A stretch of DNA of 64,000 nucleotides from a virus (lineage: Duplodnaviria; Caudoviricetes): positions 3,754 through 67,753 of the IMG/VR virus record IMGVR_UViG_3300036782_000001. The stretch is one strand, 5' to 3'. Shown piece by piece: positions 37,080 through 48,305 of this stretch (the stretch's first letter is position 1; every line of letters begins with the position of its first letter). A program made the translations under genes and the position numbers. Under the pieces are notes generated by a model. It worked only from the letters and a program-made list of their open reading frames with translations. It searched no databases and was not told where the DNA came from.

Positions 37080-37790
37080 ATGACACAAGAATATCCATAT
37101 AACCTCCCTACTGGTAACCAAGTTCGGGCTGACCTAAAGCCCGAACTATTTGATTCAGCTATATTACAAAAAGGTTACACTGTAATATGGGAACAAGGTA
37201 TGTTCTGTCCTTGTATTGATATGAGGTCTGGTCAACCTAGTTACGCTTGCCCTATGTGTGGTGGCAAAGGCTATACATACTTTGGAGCAAAGGAAACTAA
37301 GTCTTTGATCACTAGTATCAGTGGTAACAAAGACCAAGACCATATTGGTCTCAATGAACAAGGTTCAGCTTACCTTACTCCTTTAAGTACAGATATGGTA
37401 GGGTTTAGAGATAAATTCACCTTAGTAGACTTTGATATAAAGTTCTCTGAAGTAATAGCGAGGGATGAAACTAAGTTCGATACTCTAGATTACCAAGCCT
37501 TAAAAGTTATTATGGTCAAGTCTCTAACCAAGGAGTATGTAGAAGGCTTTGATTATATAGTAGCAGAGGATGGTAAGAAAATAGAATGGCTAACTCCAAT
37601 GCCCACTAAAGAGAGATACTCAATCCTTTACACTACCAGACCCGTGTATATTGCTATTGGTCCAGTACATGACCTTAGAGGTACTTATACAATGGCGAAA
37701 GGTGGAGGGGTAGAGAGCTTTGTTAGACTTCCTTCACAATTCCATATCAAGAGGGAGGACTTACTAGATGAAACTTTCAATGCAAGTTGA
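37080..37790 (+). CDS. Neck/head-closure protein
   Basis: CPC...CPMCGGKG, position. Confidence 0.7.
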   Translation: MTQEYPYNLPTGNQVRADLKPELFDSAILQKGYTVIWEQGMFCPCIDMRSGQPSYACPMCGGKGYTYFGAKETKSLITSISGNKDQDHIGLNEQGSAYLTPLSTDMVGFRDKFTLVDFDIKFSEVIARDETKFDTLDYQALKVIMVKSLTKEYVEGFDYIVAEDGKKIEWLTPMPTKERYSILYTTRPVYIAIGPVHDLRGTYTMAKGGGVESFVRLPSQFHIKREDLLDETFNAS

Positions 37791-37980
37791 GGTAGGTAGT
37801 CTAGTAGATATCCTAAAGGATGTAGAAAAGGATGTAAAGCGTGATACTGGAGAAGACCAATTCTATATACAGAATCCTCAATTTAAACAGGATGAAGGAG
37901 CGGTATCCAAACCTATAATGCAGGTTAAACCAGAAACTCCTACTCCTAAGAAAGTTAAGCTGAAGTGGGGGAGGAATTAA
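37768..37980 (+). CDS. Hypothetical protein
   Basis: RBS GGGAGG. Confidence 0.55.
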   Translation: MKLSMQVEVGSLVDILKDVEKDVKRDTGEDQFYIQNPQFKQDEGAVSKPIMQVKPETPTPKKVKLKWGRN

Positions 37981-37982
37981 TA

Positions 37983-38813
37983 ATGATTCCTTTAGTAGAG
38001 GATTATATTATTGAGAATATAGAAGAACGCTTGAAAGTGTTGAGAGCTAACCCTTCTGCTATAAGCAGGATTATACCGCTTGGCAAGGAAAGACTTGACA
38101 TGATAAGCAAATATATAACTAAGAAAGAAATTCTTCTAAAGAAGGGCTACCCTAGAACACCTGCGGAGCTACCTTGTATCTGTATCATGCTATCTACGGA
38201 AGATGAGACAGAAGAGGGCTTAGGGGATACAGGGTTTAGTGGAAACGACTCATCCTTCCTTACTGTAGGCTTACCTGTTAAATACGGAACACTAGGATGG
38301 GAAGTTCAACTAACAAAGCCAAATGTCACAAAAGTTCATTCTATACGCCATAATGATACAGGCATGGTTATAGATGATTATGATGTTGACTATGCTAAGT
38401 CTAAAATTATTATTCGTGAGGACTTTGTAATGGAAGACGATATGGTTACCATTGAGTTTTCTTACACTAGTGGGGCACAAGAGACAGTACGAACGATGTT
38501 TGAAGCTGAGTATAGAATAGAAATATGGACGGAGAACGGAGACCTTACAGTAGACCTGTACCACTTAGTTAAGTGGGCAATGCTCTCTGGTAGGGACTTC
38601 CTTATAGATAAGAAAGATATCTATAGACAAAAGCTCTCTGGTGGTGATTTTGAACCAGTACGTAGCTTTGAACCAGCGTTTGTATACAGAAGGGCATTAA
38701 CCTTCTGGTGTCAATTCAGTGTAGACCCTATCAAGAACATACTTGATGACGACCTACATGTAGTTACAGAAGTCCATGTGAATCAAGAGTATTATAACAG
38801 GGAGGATTCATAA
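37983..38813 (+). CDS. Tail terminator/neck protein
   Basis: Position before sheath; GYPR..ELPCICI. Confidence 0.65.
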   Translation: MIPLVEDYIIENIEERLKVLRANPSAISRIIPLGKERLDMISKYITKKEILLKKGYPRTPAELPCICIMLSTEDETEEGLGDTGFSGNDSSFLTVGLPVKYGTLGWEVQLTKPNVTKVHSIRHNDTGMVIDDYDVDYAKSKIIIREDFVMEDDMVTIEFSYTSGAQETVRTMFEAEYRIEIWTENGDLTVDLYHLVKWAMLSGRDFLIDKKDIYRQKLSGGDFEPVRSFEPAFVYRRALTFWCQFSVDPIKNILDDDLHVVTEVHVNQEYYNREDS

Positions 38814-39013
38814 TGGCTACTAAAAAAGAGGATACAAAAGTAGTACCTGTTGAAGAAATTCCTCAATCTCGTATACATTTCCGTGAGTTCATACAGTTGC
38901 ACACAAACCTAGACGCTGTTACCAGTGCAGGATTTAAGTCTACCTGTGGCTCTACTGAATGGATGTATCTAGAAGAGTGGCAGGAATACTTAGACAAGTA
39001 TAAATCAATATAA
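38813..39013 (+). CDS. Small virion morphogenesis protein
   Basis: Short ORF immediately before sheath. Confidence 0.65.
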   Translation: MATKKEDTKVVPVEEIPQSRIHFREFIQLHTNLDAVTSAGFKSTCGSTEWMYLEEWQEYLDKYKSI

Positions 39014-39027
39014 GAGAGGTGTTTTAA

Positions 39028-40755
39028 ATGGCTTACGAAAACTCTGGTATTACGTTTAACGGACGTAGAATTATCCATCCAGGTGCTTATGATCGCATAG
39101 ACACTAGTGCTATGACAGCTTCTACTCCTGGTAGTTTAAACCGCCCTATCTTAATCGGTACTGCTGATGCAGGTGAAGCTGGTAAGGTAATGTGGTGGAC
39201 AGACCCTAGTAAGGCAAGAGCGTACTTTAAAAATGGTGACCTACCTACTGCGGTTGAATTAGCATTCTCTCCACTACCTGAAGGCGGTGGCGGTGCATCT
39301 ATCGTAGGTACTTTACTAGTAAACCCTACAGTTGCAGCTACTAAAGATGTAGGTGGGGGTAAGTGGACTGCTAAGGAATTTGGCTCTATCGGTAACGAAA
39401 TCCAAGTTAAGATGGAAGATGGTACTCTTTCAGGTACTAAGAAAGTTTCTATATACCGCTTCAGTACTAATGATGTTGAATCTTGGGATAACATTGGTGC
39501 TATCTTAGAGGTAAACTATACAGGAACTAAGGCTTATGCTGAGATTGCTGTAAACGCTGGCGTTGTCACTACTAAAACTGGTGCTGATTCCGCTACTGCT
39601 ACTGTTGACTTAACTGTAGATGGTAAGTTACCACAATACAGCACAATTGATGCTTTAGTATCATACATCAATAGCATGTCTGGGTATTCCGCTCGTGTTA
39701 TCAACATTGCTGATGCTAAGATGCCTGTAACCGCTTTGGATACAGTTACAGCTGTAACTATCAAGAGTGCTCCTAAGACTCTACTATCTGCTAAAGTGGG
39801 TATCGAGACGCGTGTAAACGTATCATCTCTGTTGGTTAGTGTGGCTATGACTGGCACTCCAGCAAACTTCCCATGGACTTACTTAGCAGGAGGACAAAAG
39901 GGTACCACTCCTACTTCATGGTCAGCACACTTTGGCACACTGCGTAAGGAGTTCTTCGACTTACTTTGTGTCCTATCTCCAGATAGTGCAATCCATGCAG
40001 AAGCAGCAGCACATGTACAAGTGATGGAAACACGTAGACAGAAGCAATACTTATTCTTCGGTGGTGCAGGGGATGACCTTACTAAACCAGAAGATAAGAC
40101 TACGGCTAAACAACGTGCATCTGCAATGAACTACCGTAGAGCAGTTCTTTGCTACCCATCAATTTACCATCCAATAGTAGAGAGTGGTAAGAAATTATTA
40201 CCAGCATATATGACTGCTGCTATGGTATGTGGGCGTGTAGCTGGAGTACCAACTTCAGAGCCTATCACGTTCGACTTCTTCAATATCTCAGGTCTAGGCG
40301 TAGACTTAGTTGCAGGTGACCCAGATATTGATGAATTAATCGCTTCAGGTGTATGTGTAATGGAACGAGTTCAGAATGGTGGAATTCGCCTAGCACAGGG
40401 TGTAACAACGTATCTTGGACCAGTACGTACGCCTAACGTAGAGATTAGTACAGGACGTACAGCAGATGAAGTTTCTGACCGTGTTACAAACAGATTAGAA
40501 GACACATTCGTAGGTTCTAGCTCTGCGATTGCTACTAACTCTTCTGTAACTACAGAAGCTACTAACGTTCTAGACGAATGTACACGTGAGAAGTTAATTC
40601 TTGGATACCGTAACATTCGAGTACGATTCGAAGGTACTGCTGTATATGTTGATTATGAAGCTGCTATTACAGAGCCGATTAACTTCATCCTAGTAACATC
40701 TCACTTTGTTCCATCTAGTACGTTTAACAACTTAGTAGAGGGGCAACAAATTTAA
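39028..40755 (+). CDS. Tail sheath protein
   Basis: RIIHPGAY N-terminus, size, C-terminal PINFILVT. Confidence 0.92.
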   Translation: MAYENSGITFNGRRIIHPGAYDRIDTSAMTASTPGSLNRPILIGTADAGEAGKVMWWTDPSKARAYFKNGDLPTAVELAFSPLPEGGGGASIVGTLLVNPTVAATKDVGGGKWTAKEFGSIGNEIQVKMEDGTLSGTKKVSIYRFSTNDVESWDNIGAILEVNYTGTKAYAEIAVNAGVVTTKTGADSATATVDLTVDGKLPQYSTIDALVSYINSMSGYSARVINIADAKMPVTALDTVTAVTIKSAPKTLLSAKVGIETRVNVSSLLVSVAMTGTPANFPWTYLAGGQKGTTPTSWSAHFGTLRKEFFDLLCVLSPDSAIHAEAAAHVQVMETRRQKQYLFFGGAGDDLTKPEDKTTAKQRASAMNYRRAVLCYPSIYHPIVESGKKLLPAYMTAAMVCGRVAGVPTSEPITFDFFNISGLGVDLVAGDPDIDELIASGVCVMERVQNGGIRLAQGVTTYLGPVRTPNVEISTGRTADEVSDRVTNRLEDTFVGSSSAIATNSSVTTEATNVLDECTREKLILGYRNIRVRFEGTAVYVDYEAAITEPINFILVTSHFVPSSTFNNLVEGQQI

Positions 40756-40769
40756 GGAGGTGACTACCT

Positions 40770-41183
40770 ATGGGAATGGTAGATAAACAGACGGTACACG
40801 CTGGTCATACCATAAACATCCGTATTCGTGGTGAAATCGTTGGTAGGATTCAGGGTTTAGATGGTGAGCGTGATTTCGGTACAGAAGGTGTATACGAAAT
40901 CGGCTCAATGATGCCACAAGAACACGTACACAACAGATACACTGGTTCTGTAACATGTGAGAGATTCTTCGTACGTAAGAAAGACCTTGCACGTATAGGA
41001 ATGGCTTCTGTTGGTGAAGAGGTATTAAAGAAAGATGTTATCACTATTGAGGTAGTAGATAAGTATACTAAAGAGATTGTTCGTTCTTACCACGGATGCT
41101 CTATTGGTAACTATCGTGAGAACTTCCGAGTTAACGCTATCGCAGGTGAAAACGCTACTTTCCAATATCTATATGCAAGCTAA
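40770..41183 (+). CDS. Tail tube protein
   Basis: GRIQGLDGERDFGTEGVYEIGSMMPQEHV. Confidence 0.9.
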   Translation: MGMVDKQTVHAGHTINIRIRGEIVGRIQGLDGERDFGTEGVYEIGSMMPQEHVHNRYTGSVTCERFFVRKKDLARIGMASVGEEVLKKDVITIEVVDKYTKEIVRSYHGCSIGNYRENFRVNAIAGENATFQYLYAS

Positions 41184-41271
41184 TAGTACTAACAATAGTA
41201 GGAGCAGGAGTATAATTTACGTACTCCTGCTCCTATTTTTATTATGAATTAAAACTCAAGGAGGTATTTAT

Positions 41272-41679
41272 ATGTCAGAAATTAAGACAATCACATTAAC
41301 GACTTTAGAAGGTATCAATGAAGGGGATAAGCGAACTCACTTATTTGATGTAGACTTTACAGACGTAAACCCGAAATTCAAAGGCAGATTTATTGTACAC
41401 CAACCTAACCTTATGGAACAGTTAAAAATTGGACGTGTGTATACTGCCCTAACTGGTGGATTACCAGTAGACCAACACACTGACAACATTGCTACTATCT
41501 TATCAACACTGGATATAGTTATTGATGAGAAGCCTGAATGGTTCATAGCTACAGATGCATCAGTAGACTACCCTATCATGGAAGCAGTGTACATGGAGTA
41601 CTTGGAATGGACTAACACCTTTCGTAAGCCAAATAAACCAAGTGACAATGAAAGCAATAGCGGAGACCAACCAAGCTAG
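41272..41679 (+). CDS. Tail assembly chaperone (G)
   Basis: Position before tape measure; overlaps a +1-frame ORF. Confidence 0.75.
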   Translation: MSEIKTITLTTLEGINEGDKRTHLFDVDFTDVNPKFKGRFIVHQPNLMEQLKIGRVYTALTGGLPVDQHTDNIATILSTLDIVIDEKPEWFIATDASVDYPIMEAVYMEYLEWTNTFRKPNKPSDNESNSGDQPS

Positions 41680-41959
41680 GTTTGAATGGTGGGTACAGAC
41701 TGAATTTAAGGTCTTACCCACTGACCCTAAGTATCAAGCCTTAACCCAGATGCAGTTGGACTTAATGTATGAACATTACTTGCTAGATAATCCTCCAGTG
41801 GAGGAGGAAACTAAGCCAGCCAATGACCCTACTTATAAAGAAGATGAGCCTGAACAGTACGATGACCCAGACTTCAAGCATGTATGGGACAATATGGACG
41901 ATGACAAGGCTGTACATGGGGAAGAGGTTAAGAAAAAGGACGAGTTTGAGGAGGTGTAG
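41620..41959 (+). CDS. Tail assembly chaperone frameshift extension (T)
   Basis: +1 frame open across ACC TTT CGT (41617-41625); no good RBS of its own. Confidence 0.65.
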
Positions 41960-41962
41960 TGA

Positions 41963-44656
41963 ATGGCTAGAGATAGGCAGACGGATGCTAATATCAAGTT
42001 CAATGCCGACACTAGGGATGCCCTTACTGACATAAAACAACTGGAAGCTAAGGTATCTAAGCTGAAAGACTTGGCTAATCAAGGTGACCAGATGCAGGGG
42101 GGCTTACTCTCCTATAGACAAGTTTCTATGTACAGAAAGATCCTAGATGAAACTGAGCAATTGTATAACCAATATTACAAGAAATTAGAACGTATGGATA
42201 CAGAGCATACCCGTAAAATAGAGGAAAACCAAAAGAAGATTAAGAAGTACCAAGAACAGGTTAGAAACTCTCAAGGTGGTAACAAGTGGGGTGATGTGGC
42301 AAGCCCTAGAGTACAGCAACATCATCAAGACAAGCTAGACCGAGCTGTATCAGAGAGGGATAGACTAAACTCTGGCTCTAATAGTGCAGAGTTGGAACGT
42401 TTACGTAACGTTGTAAACCAGATGAATCCTTCTATGCAGAATCGTAATGATAACCGTGACCGTATAGATAAGATGCATGAGCGTAATCCTGGTTTAGAAC
42501 GTACTGTGTATGGTGCCACTTCTGCTGTAGGTTCAGCAGGTCTCATAGCTAGTATAGGTGGGATGTTCAACTATGGTCAGAGATATGCTGATATCTTAAG
42601 ACCACAGGAGCTACAGGCTTCACAATTAGGTCAGAAGATTGGCTATGGTAAAGAGGGAAATGATGAGACCTTCCGTGCAGATGCAGTAGAGGTAGGTTTG
42701 AAGAATCAGTATAAAGCAGGGGAAACTCTACAAACACAAGCTGTTCTTGCTATGGGTGGTAGAACTGACCTTAAAAAGCTAGGTGCTGATACTGAGGCAT
42801 CACAGACCTTTGGACGTAGTACTGGTACTGACCCTAATGAAATAGCTAATATGGGTAGCATGCTTCAACGTATGGGAGCTATGGATGAAGGACAAATGAA
42901 GCGTCTATCAGACATGATAGGTGGGGCGGTAGCCAAAAACAAGATGAGTGGGCGAGAAGAGGAAATGATGAGAGCAACATCATCCCTAGCTCAATCAGTG
43001 AGTAGAGGTCTACCATCCTTTAGCGATGGTCAATTCAAGAACATGCTTTCCAGTCAGGTTATGTTAGGTAATCTAGCTCCAGAGCTTAAAGGGGAACGTG
43101 GTTCTAAGTTACTAGGTACAATGGATGCAGGTTTCAAAGAAGGTAACCATACCCTAGATGTATTAATGCGTAATGGTAACTCTGACTTCTTAGGAGTAGA
43201 GGGTACTTGGAAAATGAAACTGCAACAAGAAGAGGGTATATCCAACCCTAAGAACGTCACTGACTTAGTGAAAGGCTTAAAAGCTACTTATGGTAAAGAT
43301 GTACTAAAGACTAGTCAAGGTCAAGCAGTAGCAGGTATGTCTTTATCTCAAGGTCTTGGTGTATCTAAGCAAGAGAGTAAGAAGCTTATAGACTCTGGAT
43401 TCTTAGAGCAAATGGAGCAGGGTAAACTACCTACTTCTAAGGAGCTTGAACAAGCAGGTATGAAAGACCTAGCGAAAAAGGCAAAAGATTGGGATAACGC
43501 TGAATCCAAGAACTGGACAGGTAATGAAGCAGGGTATGAAAAGACTGGTACTGAAACTGGTGGTAACATCTGGGCAGGTACTTCTAGTGTCGTTGGTAAT
43601 GCTCTAACTTCATTGAATCCTTGGGTTATGTTCGGTGGTATGTCAGCTATGGCTCTAGGTGGCTCATACATGACAGGTAAGTATGGGGGCAGAGGTGTTT
43701 CTAGAGGTCTAACTAGAATGCTTAATCCTAATATAGGTCAGCAACGTGGAGCGGTACCTAGAGCAGGTAACTTCATGGGTAATATTAAAAACACTGCTGG
43801 TGGCATGTGGAACGCTACCAAAAATGGTGCAGGTAGCTTATGGAATGCTACTAAGAGCGGTGGCTCTAAAGCATGGAATTGGGGTAAAAACCTATTCAAA
43901 GGTGGAGGAGGCACCCCTCCTACTGGGGGAGTACCTGCTAGTAGTAGCGGTCTGTGGAGCAAGTTAGGAAAGGTAGCTGGTCCAGTAGGTACAGCTCTGT
44001 CTCTAAAGTGGGCTGCTGATGCAGGGGATGAAGCTGGTGACTGGTTATTTGGTCATAGTAAGGGGGATATAAAGTCTGACCAACCCCTGACTAATATAGG
44101 CAAAGAACCACTACGTCACACAGATGATAGAAAGAGTGCATTCAGACGTGGTTGGGAATGGATGTCTGGTAGCGGTGATGAAGAGGACAAGAAAAAGGAA
44201 GAGAAAAAGAAAGAAGAGAAACCTGTACCTAAATCTGAGAAGACAGATACTCCTGTACCAAAGGCTGAAGAAGGTAGCACTGAAACACCTAAGACAGAGG
44301 GAGATAAGGGCACTGACAGTTCTAAGAAAGAGCTGAAGGTGGACAGTATCAATGTTAAGGATAAGGCTATGCAGGATTATCTGAATCAGAATAGAGACAA
44401 GTCAAAAGACGTATCTTCTAGTTCTAAGTCTGATAAAGATGTTGACACTAATGTTAAGCTGATTAAGATAGAACACACTGTCCGAGTAGAATGGACAGGC
44501 ACTAAATTAGCTCCAGATAATGAGTACAAGGTTTCTAATAGTATCTCTGACTACTTCACTAACGCCACACAGATTCTTATGGGCAAAGGTGGAGGAATGG
44601 GGGGAGCACCTGCTATGGGTGGTATGAACCTATCCAGAGACCAAAGCCGAGAGTAG
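41963..44656 (+). CDS. Tape measure protein
   Basis: Helical, Gly/Ala-rich, WNATK repeats, position. Confidence 0.85.
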   Translation: MARDRQTDANIKFNADTRDALTDIKQLEAKVSKLKDLANQGDQMQGGLLSYRQVSMYRKILDETEQLYNQYYKKLERMDTEHTRKIEENQKKIKKYQEQVRNSQGGNKWGDVASPRVQQHHQDKLDRAVSERDRLNSGSNSAELERLRNVVNQMNPSMQNRNDNRDRIDKMHERNPGLERTVYGATSAVGSAGLIASIGGMFNYGQRYADILRPQELQASQLGQKIGYGKEGNDETFRADAVEVGLKNQYKAGETLQTQAVLAMGGRTDLKKLGADTEASQTFGRSTGTDPNEIANMGSMLQRMGAMDEGQMKRLSDMIGGAVAKNKMSGREEEMMRATSSLAQSVSRGLPSFSDGQFKNMLSSQVMLGNLAPELKGERGSKLLGTMDAGFKEGNHTLDVLMRNGNSDFLGVEGTWKMKLQQEEGISNPKNVTDLVKGLKATYGKDVLKTSQGQAVAGMSLSQGLGVSKQESKKLIDSGFLEQMEQGKLPTSKELEQAGMKDLAKKAKDWDNAESKNWTGNEAGYEKTGTETGGNIWAGTSSVVGNALTSLNPWVMFGGMSAMALGGSYMTGKYGGRGVSRGLTRMLNPNIGQQRGAVPRAGNFMGNIKNTAGGMWNATKNGAGSLWNATKSGGSKAWNWGKNLFKGGGGTPPTGGVPASSSGLWSKLGKVAGPVGTALSLKWAADAGDEAGDWLFGHSKGDIKSDQPLTNIGKEPLRHTDDRKSAFRRGWEWMSGSGDEEDKKKEEKKKEEKPVPKSEKTDTPVPKAEEGSTETPKTEGDKGTDSSKKELKVDSINVKDKAMQDYLNQNRDKSKDVSSSSKSDKDVDTNVKLIKIEHTVRVEWTGTKLAPDNEYKVSNSISDYFTNATQILMGKGGGMGGAPAMGGMNLSRDQSRE

Positions 44657-44667
44657 GAGGGTATATC

Positions 44668-47163
44668 ATGGCAATTCAACGATATAAACCTAATGCCGAA
44701 GTTATTTTCTATACTGAAGAGGGTCAGCTAGTAGCAAGGGGTGTGGCTGACCCTAACAGTAAGGTTGACAACGACATAGTTGCAATCTATACTAATAGAG
44801 ACATGGGTGAGGATGCACCAGTGTTCAATATAAGTCTTACTAACGCCAAGGCTTGGCATAGGTGGATTACTGCTAATGATATGTTAATTATCAAAATGAG
44901 CAGACCGCCTGAAGCCTTGGCTGAAGTTATGTATGGGCTAGTAGACTGGGCTGGTAAGACAGTGGACGCTAACAGTGATTCTCCCTCTCGTACTATTTCA
45001 GTAAAGGGCAGAGGGTTTGCTAAAGCATTTATACAATTTGATATTGGTATTGTGCCAGAGGCACAGTTCAATATAGAAAAGCTAGGATGGGTTCAAACTC
45101 TAGGTATTACTCTAGACCAAGCAACCCCAGATGAGCTAGCAAAAGCAGCATACGAGAAGATAGCTAAACCTTTCATAAACTATAAGTGGAAAGGCTCTAA
45201 AGCCTTATTCGACATAATGAAAACTAAGTTTAGTTCGAGAAAAGACATGAAACTTCTAGATACTTCTGGTTTAATGGCTTGGCAAGGTAGTTTGCTAGGT
45301 ATGTACAATGCCATAGCAGAGAAGCCTTTCCATGAGATATTCTATGAAATAGAGGGTGGCTCACCTACTATGTTTATTAGGGAAACCCCCTTCAATAAGG
45401 ACAAGTGGGATAAACTGCCTTCTGTCAGCATAGGTGACCAAGATGTAGTTAATGATGATACAGGTAGAGGAGACTTAGAAACTTACACAATGTTCTCTGT
45501 AAGTGCCAAGACGTTAATGGCTCCAGATGACATGTTTAAGACCTTTGGTGTTCGTCCATACTGGTATCCACCTTACAAGAATAAATATGGTATCAGACGC
45601 CTAACAGTAGAGACTTCCTATCTTGCAGTAAATGGTACTCCTAGTGGGGGAGGAACAGGTGCTACAGGAGCAGGTGGAACAGGTACAGGAGCTGGTGGTG
45701 CACCTCTTAATCCTGACCCTCCTGGTACGGGTGGTAATACTGGAGGTACTCCAGGAACTGGTAATCCTACCAACCCTACTCCAGACCCTAGCCAACCAAA
45801 TGCTGGTAATGGTAGCCAAACAGTGACAAATGAGGATGGTTCAACAGGCACTAGTCCTACCAATGGTAACGGTACAGGTTCTGTAGACCTTATGAAAGGT
45901 CTAATGGAAGACCTATACAATTGGAATATTCTTAATAATCACTTTTATAGCGGAAACATGATTGTAAAAGGAAGTAATAAATACAAGATTGGAACAAGAT
46001 TGGTATATAAATCAATAGAGGATAACTCTACTATAGAATACTACATCAAGTCAGTTACTCACAGTTTTACTGTTTTTGGTGGGTGGACAACCACTCTAGG
46101 GTTAATTAGGGGATGTGAACCTACTAAACGCTTTATAGCTCCAGTAGGTAAGTTCGAACAGTATGAAGGGCATGGCTTCTTAGGAGACAACAGTACCATT
46201 GCAGAGCAAAAAGCTAGTGGAGGTTTACCAACTATTAATGACTTATGGAACCAGATATTTGGTGGTATGATGGGTGGCGGAGGTCTATTAGGTAATATTG
46301 GGCTAGGAATAGGAGCAGGTGCTGGTATAGACGGTAATGCTGCACAGAAGGTAGTAGCAGGTGCTCAAAGCATACTGCAAAATGGTGTTAATGGTGTAAG
46401 AGTTCGCTATACATTTGGTGGTGGAAACCCTGCATCTGGTGCCCTAGACTGTTCATCCTTTACTCAATATGTCTACAAGACTTATGCAGGCATAGACATC
46501 GGCAGGGTTACTGGAGAACAAGTTAAGAAGGGGGTAGAGGTGCCTAAAGCTCAACTACAGCCAGGTGACTTAGTATTCTTCAAGAATACCTATAATAGTG
46601 GATATATCTATGGAGTTTCCCACGTAGGTATCTATGTAGGTGGTGGTAACTTTATTGAGAACTCTAGTTCCAAGTCGGTAACTCTAACTGCTCTAAGTAA
46701 TTCTTATGCTACTGCTCACTGGTTGATGGGTAGACGTGTTCTAACTACTACTGGTAGTAGTGGTACCGGTGGTAGTGGTAATGGAGGTCACGGTAATGGT
46801 CAGCTAGCAGGGGGTTCAGGGGGTACTAAGTTTATAGCAACTGTATATAGCTCACCGAACATAGATAACTATTCTCCTAATACTACTACTGCTGTAGGAG
46901 CACCTACTGTAGAAGGAGAAACTATTGCAGTTGACCCTAAAGTAATCCCTCTACACAGTAGGGTTCAGATTACTTGTCCTTCTTATCCATCTATCAATGG
47001 TACCTACACTGCACAAGATACAGGGAGTGCAATCAAAGGTAACCGCATAGATATCTACTGGGAAGGTAGACCTCCTAGAAATGCAGCAGCAGTTAAGAAG
47101 GCTATGAATGACTTTGGTAAGAAGGAAATCTTCGTTAAGGTAGTAAGATATGGGAAAGGGTGA
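44668..47163 (+). CDS. Baseplate hub/tail lysin with NlpC/P60 and 3D domains
   Basis: LDCSSFTQYVY...PGDLVFF...HVGIY; IAVDPKVIPL..AQDTGSAIKGNRIDIY; Gly-rich linkers. Confidence 0.88.
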   Translation: MAIQRYKPNAEVIFYTEEGQLVARGVADPNSKVDNDIVAIYTNRDMGEDAPVFNISLTNAKAWHRWITANDMLIIKMSRPPEALAEVMYGLVDWAGKTVDANSDSPSRTISVKGRGFAKAFIQFDIGIVPEAQFNIEKLGWVQTLGITLDQATPDELAKAAYEKIAKPFINYKWKGSKALFDIMKTKFSSRKDMKLLDTSGLMAWQGSLLGMYNAIAEKPFHEIFYEIEGGSPTMFIRETPFNKDKWDKLPSVSIGDQDVVNDDTGRGDLETYTMFSVSAKTLMAPDDMFKTFGVRPYWYPPYKNKYGIRRLTVETSYLAVNGTPSGGGTGATGAGGTGTGAGGAPLNPDPPGTGGNTGGTPGTGNPTNPTPDPSQPNAGNGSQTVTNEDGSTGTSPTNGNGTGSVDLMKGLMEDLYNWNILNNHFYSGNMIVKGSNKYKIGTRLVYKSIEDNSTIEYYIKSVTHSFTVFGGWTTTLGLIRGCEPTKRFIAPVGKFEQYEGHGFLGDNSTIAEQKASGGLPTINDLWNQIFGGMMGGGGLLGNIGLGIGAGAGIDGNAAQKVVAGAQSILQNGVNGVRVRYTFGGGNPASGALDCSSFTQYVYKTYAGIDIGRVTGEQVKKGVEVPKAQLQPGDLVFFKNTYNSGYIYGVSHVGIYVGGGNFIENSSSKSVTLTALSNSYATAHWLMGRRVLTTTGSSGTGGSGNGGHGNGQLAGGSGGTKFIATVYSSPNIDNYSPNTTTAVGAPTVEGETIAVDPKVIPLHSRVQITCPSYPSINGTYTAQDTGSAIKGNRIDIYWEGRPPRNAAAVKKAMNDFGKKEIFVKVVRYGKG

Positions 47164-48305
47164 TTGCTATGCAATTTCAACCACATCTTGGTAGGGAGTT
47201 TAAAGATAACTATAAGCCACAGGACAGACTTAACTTTATGTCCTTGGCTAAGGTTATCAAGGTTCACCATAAGCATTACACCGCAGATGTGCAGTTAGTC
47301 AAGACTAATGATACTATACGTTCCAGTGAAGAATCTGAAGGTAAGTATAGTGCTAAGATACTTACACAGGGTGCTCACTTTGATGATGCAACAATAGGAA
47401 CTTCTGGTGTCATGTACCCTATCCGAGAAGGACAACTAGTAGTAGTTGCCTTCTTAGATGGAGTATACACACAACCAATTATCATTGGTAGTATCCACAA
47501 TAACAAGATGGATGAGTTCAATATCCTTCCTAACCGATATCCTCTAAGACCTGACAGCTCCCTAGAGGATATGAGGGAGACTATGAAGTACTTAAATGTA
47601 CATCCTTCTCAGTTCTACACAATGATTGATGGTATAGGAGCAGTAGAGATGTCCCATCCATCTAAGACGTTCCTAAAGATTGACCCCGATATATACAGTG
47701 AACTATCAGATGAGCATGGGGGCTTTGACCATCAGAACTTAACAGAACGTGACCCTATGACTTATAGACCTCGTTCTGCTAAGACAGAGAATACTGCATA
47801 CCCTGTCAAGATGCTCTTTAACTATAGGACTAGCTTTGAGGATGACCAGACTAACTGGACTAAGTTCTTCCTAAACAATGATGGCATGTTCAGGATAACT
47901 AGGGATACTAATGATGAAGCCATTACCTATCAAGAGCTAGGAGCTAGGGGAGAATACAAAGTACGTAGACAGTTAGATAGCTCTAAGCATGGTGAAGGTA
48001 AAGACTTTGTAGAGTTGGTTATTGAGGAAACTGGTAGAACTGTTATCAAGAGGTCTGTAGATGGCAATGAGGCTATGATAGAGATAAGTGAGCTAGGAGA
48101 CATAGCACTAGAGAATTCTACAGACACTTATGTTAGGGTAACCGTTGATGGGGATATTAATTTACGAGCAGACGGAGAACTCAATATCACAACGGAGAAC
48201 GGTAGAGCTTTTCCAGTATTGGTTTCTAGCGAAGAACCAGCAAACCCAAAAGACGGGTTGGTTTGGTTAGACACAAGCATTCCAACGGAGGTGCCTAAGC
48301 CATGA
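47160..48305 (+). CDS. Baseplate central spike-like protein
   Basis: OB-fold pattern GQLVVVAFLDG...PIIIGS and beta-repeat C-terminus. Confidence 0.7.
   Translation: MIAMQFQPHLGREFKDNYKPQDRLNFMSLAKVIKVHHKHYTADVQLVKTNDTIRSSEESEGKYSAKILTQGAHFDDATIGTSGVMYPIREGQLVVVAFLDGVYTQPIIIGSIHNNKMDEFNILPNRYPLRPDSSLEDMRETMKYLNVHPSQFYTMIDGIGAVEMSHPSKTFLKIDPDIYSELSDEHGGFDHQNLTERDPMTYRPRSAKTENTAYPVKMLFNYRTSFEDDQTNWTKFFLNNDGMFRITRDTNDEAITYQELGARGEYKVRRQLDSSKHGEGKDFVELVIEETGRTVIKRSVDGNEAMIEISELGDIALENSTDTYVRVTVDGDINLRADGELNITTENGRAFPVLVSSEEPANPKDGLVWLDTSIPTEVPKP

Noticed and set aside
45640-45880. GGT/GGA-rich repetitive DNA
   Set aside because: Explained by the Gly/Thr/Pro linker in the tail lysin
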